Assembly (NCBI GenBank): GCA_051942205.1
Contig: JAVECO010000129.1
Coordinates: 46,344-66,343, forward strand
DNA: 20,000 nucleotides
Origin: Coniocarpon cinnabarinum
Lineage: Eukaryota
Reading direction: 5' to 3'
Position 1 is the first letter of the stretch, and each line of letters opens with the position of its first letter. The notes beneath the pieces were generated by a model. The model was not told the origin of the DNA. It saw only the letters and a program-made list of their open reading frames with translations, and made no database searches. Shown piece after piece: positions 17,295 to 20,000 of the stretch. The translations under genes were made by a program, and so were the position numbers.

Positions 17295-18452
17295 TCATGC
17301 AATGCGTTGTCTTTTCACTGCCGGTGCAGCGACTGGGCTGTCAAGGTTTCGTTTCATCGTGCCTTGATATTGTGCTGATGCTCTTCCTGTTGGCGCCGAG
17401 AGAGTTCTTTGTTGGCTGAGTGAAGGTCTTTGCAAGAAGATCGATGGTGATTGTTGCGGCTTTTGAATCCTCGAAAGAGGAGTGATAGGAGGTCTGTGTG
17501 CTAGTGTGTTTTCACGTTCTCGGCGAGCTTGGAGGATTGCTGTGCTCTTTTCTGACAACCCAGCTGGCTGCGCCCCCGTCGCTGTGGTGATTTTGTCCCT
17601 CGACGAAGTCGTTTGTTTTGTTTGTTTTGTTTGGTTTGTTGCCGGAGTTTCTTGATTTCTTAGTGCTTGTAGTGAAATCGCACTGTCTCTTGACGATAGA
17701 GATGGCCCTTCTGTGCCTGCATTTCCTCGCTCTAAGCCTTTCTGCTTCTCCGTAGTGATTTCCAAAGGCGCGCCGCTTTCTCGACCTCTCCGCGTTTGTA
17801 GTAATGCCGCGCTGCTCTGAGGCAAGGGCGCTGGAGCATGGTTTGTTCGTGGTCCAACTTGATTTGCAGGCTCAAGATTTCGCCTCATTTGCTGTGGTGA
17901 TATTTGTTTCACACCATTGTTTCGGGCTGCAAGCGCATTGTTGCTTTCTCTTTTTGCTTTTGCAAGCAGTTTTTGGCCCTTTGAGAGGTTTGGGGGCTCT
18001 TTTCTTCCCATTTGACTCCAATGTGACCGGTTGCCTTGACTGTTGGCGGTTCTGATACGCCCCGGCACCGCCGTTTGCATTTCATGGCTTTTCTTTTCTT
18101 GCTGGCCGGATGCGAGCTTGGCCGCGAGCACTTTGGTGCTTTCAATGACTTTCTTTTCGCGAGCGCGTTTGGCTTTTTGGTAGAGCAGGAGCCATTCAGT
18201 GTCTGGCTTGCCGATGTAATTTGATATGTCGAAGAATGGAGCTTCTCGTTTGATAATGCTGATCCATATCTCGGCGTCGTGTTTTTTGAGCCATGGAGAG
18301 TTTTGCTCAAGGGTTTCGAGTTGGACGGGGTCGTCGATCTTGCGAATAGCTGGCTCGACGAATTCCCAAGGTGCGTCGCCAACATCGGTGATCCTCCGTC
18401 TTCCGCGGACGAGGGCGGCGGTAGCGAGGTGGAAGAGAGTTTTGACAGGCAT
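17295..18452 (-). CDS. ELA1: Elongin A (RNA polymerase II transcription factor SIII subunit A; Ela1-like), 385 aa
   Basis: N-terminal BC-box-like TLFHLATAAL is followed by ITDVGDAPWEFVEPAIRKIDDPVQLETLEQNSP..HDAEIWISIIKRE...W..LY.K, typical of fungal Elongin A. The C-terminus is disordered and ends in basic KRQRIA. Confidence 0.85.
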   Translation of the reverse strand: MPVKTLFHLATAALVRGRRRITDVGDAPWEFVEPAIRKIDDPVQLETLEQNSPWLKKHDAEIWISIIKREAPFFDISNYIGKPDTEWLLLYQKAKRAREKKVIESTKVLAAKLASGQQEKKSHEMQTAVPGRIRTANSQGNRSHWSQMGRKEPPNLSKGQKLLAKAKRESNNALAARNNGVKQISPQQMRRNLEPANQVGPRTNHAPAPLPQSSAALLQTRRGRESGAPLEITTEKQKGLERGNAGTEGPSLSSRDSAISLQALRNQETPATNQTKQTKQTTSSRDKITTATGAQPAGLSEKSTAILQARRERENTLAHRPPITPLSRIQKPQQSPSIFLQRPSLSQQRTLSAPTGRASAQYQGTMKRNLDSPVAAPAVKRQRIA

Positions 18453-18591
18453 CCTGGCCTGGATTTGGTGGAAAATGGTATCAAAAGTGGCTCAAAATGT
18501 CCAAACGAGGCTTGACAGGACTTGTTTATTTGTACAGGCTTTGCAAAATTCTGGCAGAGGGCTGAGAAGCGCTGGTGGTGGGAACATGGGC

Positions 18592-18599
18592 TTTATATA
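18592..18599 (-). promoter_or_regulatory. Candidate TATA box (TATATAAA) for Elongin A
   Basis: The reverse complement of tttatata at 18592-18599 lies 140 bp upstream of ATG 18452. Confidence 0.4.
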
Positions 18600-18844
18600 T
18601 GCTAGAGAATGAGGTGCTATGAAGATCACGCTAAGCTGAAAATAGTTTAGCTCACTCCACTCGTCTCAGTGAGCAGTCGTTACATCTTAATGATATAAAC
18701 TTTGCTCTCCTGCGAGCATTCAATATCATTGCAATGTAGCTCTGACTTAATGTGTCTGTCATTACAATCTTGCTGATATAATGTCGACCAAGATCAAACT
18801 CCATCATGACAGACAGGGTTCGCAGACCAGGGGTTTCCTTTGTC

Positions 18845-19324
18845 TTAGACCTTCTTTCCTCTCTGGCCTGCTGACATGCCCACCCCCAAACAAAACGATG
18901 TCCTCATAACCGCAACTATCAAAAGCACGCCGAGATTCGTCCATTCTTCAGATCTCCACACCATCGCATTCAATCTTTTTTCCCTCGCCAAAGCTCTTAC
19001 AAACGCTCCCAGCATTGCAATGTCGACCAGTAAGATGCTAAATTGCACCGCTTTCCAGACAGCCAGATCTGCGATCGGCTTCTGACGCAAGAGGTATGTC
19101 TGGAGGAATAGCGTCATAGCGAAGAAGCCGACCAGCGTGTCTGTGAGGAAGATCGTTTCGGTAGCGGGTGGCTCAGTGGGCGAGACGGAGTAGGATTTCA
19201 GCATTTGCATAGGCGTGAAGAGGTGGCCAATGAGACCGAGGGCGGCGCCGCTGGGGTCGATGTAGAGGAAGAAGATGCGATAAACGAGTGGCATGGGCGA
19301 GTGAGGCGTATGTGCGCGCTGCAT
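18845..19324 (-). CDS. Small fungal integral membrane protein, ~4 TM helices, unknown function (DUF7704-like); ~159 aa (alternative start 19294)
   Basis: MPLVYRIFFLYIDP...; hydrophobic segments TLVGFFAMTLFLQTYLL, VWKAVQFSILLVDIAMLGAF, W..EEWTNLGVLLIVAVMRTSFCLGVG. This matches a widespread fungal family with P..YR.FF...[DE]P, D..VW...Q..L..D and R..F..G.G motifs. The first ATG is at 19324; the track's 19408 start is a GTG. Confidence 0.75.
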   Translation of the reverse strand: MQRAHTPHSPMPLVYRIFFLYIDPSGAALGLIGHLFTPMQMLKSYSVSPTEPPATETIFLTDTLVGFFAMTLFLQTYLLRQKPIADLAVWKAVQFSILLVDIAMLGAFVRALAREKRLNAMVWRSEEWTNLGVLLIVAVMRTSFCLGVGMSAGQRGKKV

Positions 19325-19878
19325 GCTGGCGTATGGTGCTGGGTGGTTGATGAAAGGATGTTGCAGTGAAGGTAATATGTTTCGTGGAGAAATAGCAGAC
19401 TGGCTCACGTGTGCAGCTGGTATTGTAATGAAGTGTGTACGTAGAGACGAGTGATTTGATCTAAGCGTCTATACATACTTTCTCTTCACGCCTCGATCAT
19501 GCTTCTCAGCCGCCCTCCGTGCCGCTGTCAACCACGCAGATCGATTTGTTCATGACTCGCGCGCTAGCTTGGAAGAGCTGCGCAAAGGCGGAAGATCAAT
19601 TATGCCCATCCGCTCATTCTTCCTTCAATTCATTCGAAAAGTCTCTGAACTTCTTCACGCACAAGCCGTAATAAAATAATGAAAGTTTTTGGTCTGACTG
19701 CAAGCATGTATCATTCGCGCCAATGATAATCTCATGCACAAAAGAGTCGTGAAAGACCACAAAAGCTCACGCTTTGTACCAACTTTCTTACAAGCTCCCA
19801 GCATTTTGCCTCACAATCACACATCGCGCAACATATCAGTACTCACGAAATAGAGCACAGATCCCCCACCACTTCAAA

Positions 19879-20000
19879 ATGTCAACCTACGACCTCCTTC
19901 CCGCCGCTGCCGAAGACTCCCTCCACACCTCCCGCCTCCTCAACATCGAAGACAAACACTTCAAGCGCCTCTCCCGCCGGCTGCTCGATCCCACTTCCCC
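19879..20000 (+). CDS. THOC7: THO complex subunit 7 / Mft1-like protein, 5' end only (runs off window)
   Basis: CAAA-ATG then MSTYDLLPAAAEDSLHTSRLLNIEDKHFKRLSRRLLDPTS, matching the recalled Pezizomycotina THOC7 N-terminus pattern Y.LL....ED.LH..RLLN[VI]E.K.FKR...RLL. Confidence 0.75.
   Translation, partial: MSTYDLLPAAAEDSLHTSRLLNIEDKHFKRLSRRLLDPTS

Noticed and set aside
17611..17640. (TTTGTTTTG)n-like microsatellite
   Set aside because: A small 9-bp in-frame repeat encoding QTKQTKQT in the disordered Elongin A tail; no evidence of a separate element.
19325..19408. N-terminal extension of the membrane protein given in the ORF track
   Set aside because: It starts at GTG. The first in-frame ATG, with a purine at -3, is at 19324.

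Overview
This is a gene-dense window from a filamentous ascomycete (Pezizomycotina-like) nuclear genome, with short GT-AG introns carrying CTRAY-type branch sites. The dominant feature is absent from the supplied ORF track: one uninterrupted minus-strand reading frame from ATG 12762 that runs off the left edge (>=4254 codons, no stop or intron seen). It encodes an acidic, largely disordered protein with several families of Lys-rich and other internal repeats, best interpreted as a leashin (Lah, Woronin-body tether)/'involucrin repeat'-type protein. The remaining genes are housekeeping: RNA15/CstF-64 (-), prohibitin PHB2 (+, 4 exons), NEDD8/Rub1 (+, 2 exons), Elongin A (-), a small 4-TM membrane protein of unknown function (-) and the 5' end of a THO complex subunit 7-like gene (+). 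I saw no RNA genes, mobile elements or CRISPR arrays. The most novel-looking signals are the repeat modules and motifs inside the giant ORF. Family assignments come from recalled motifs, not database searches.
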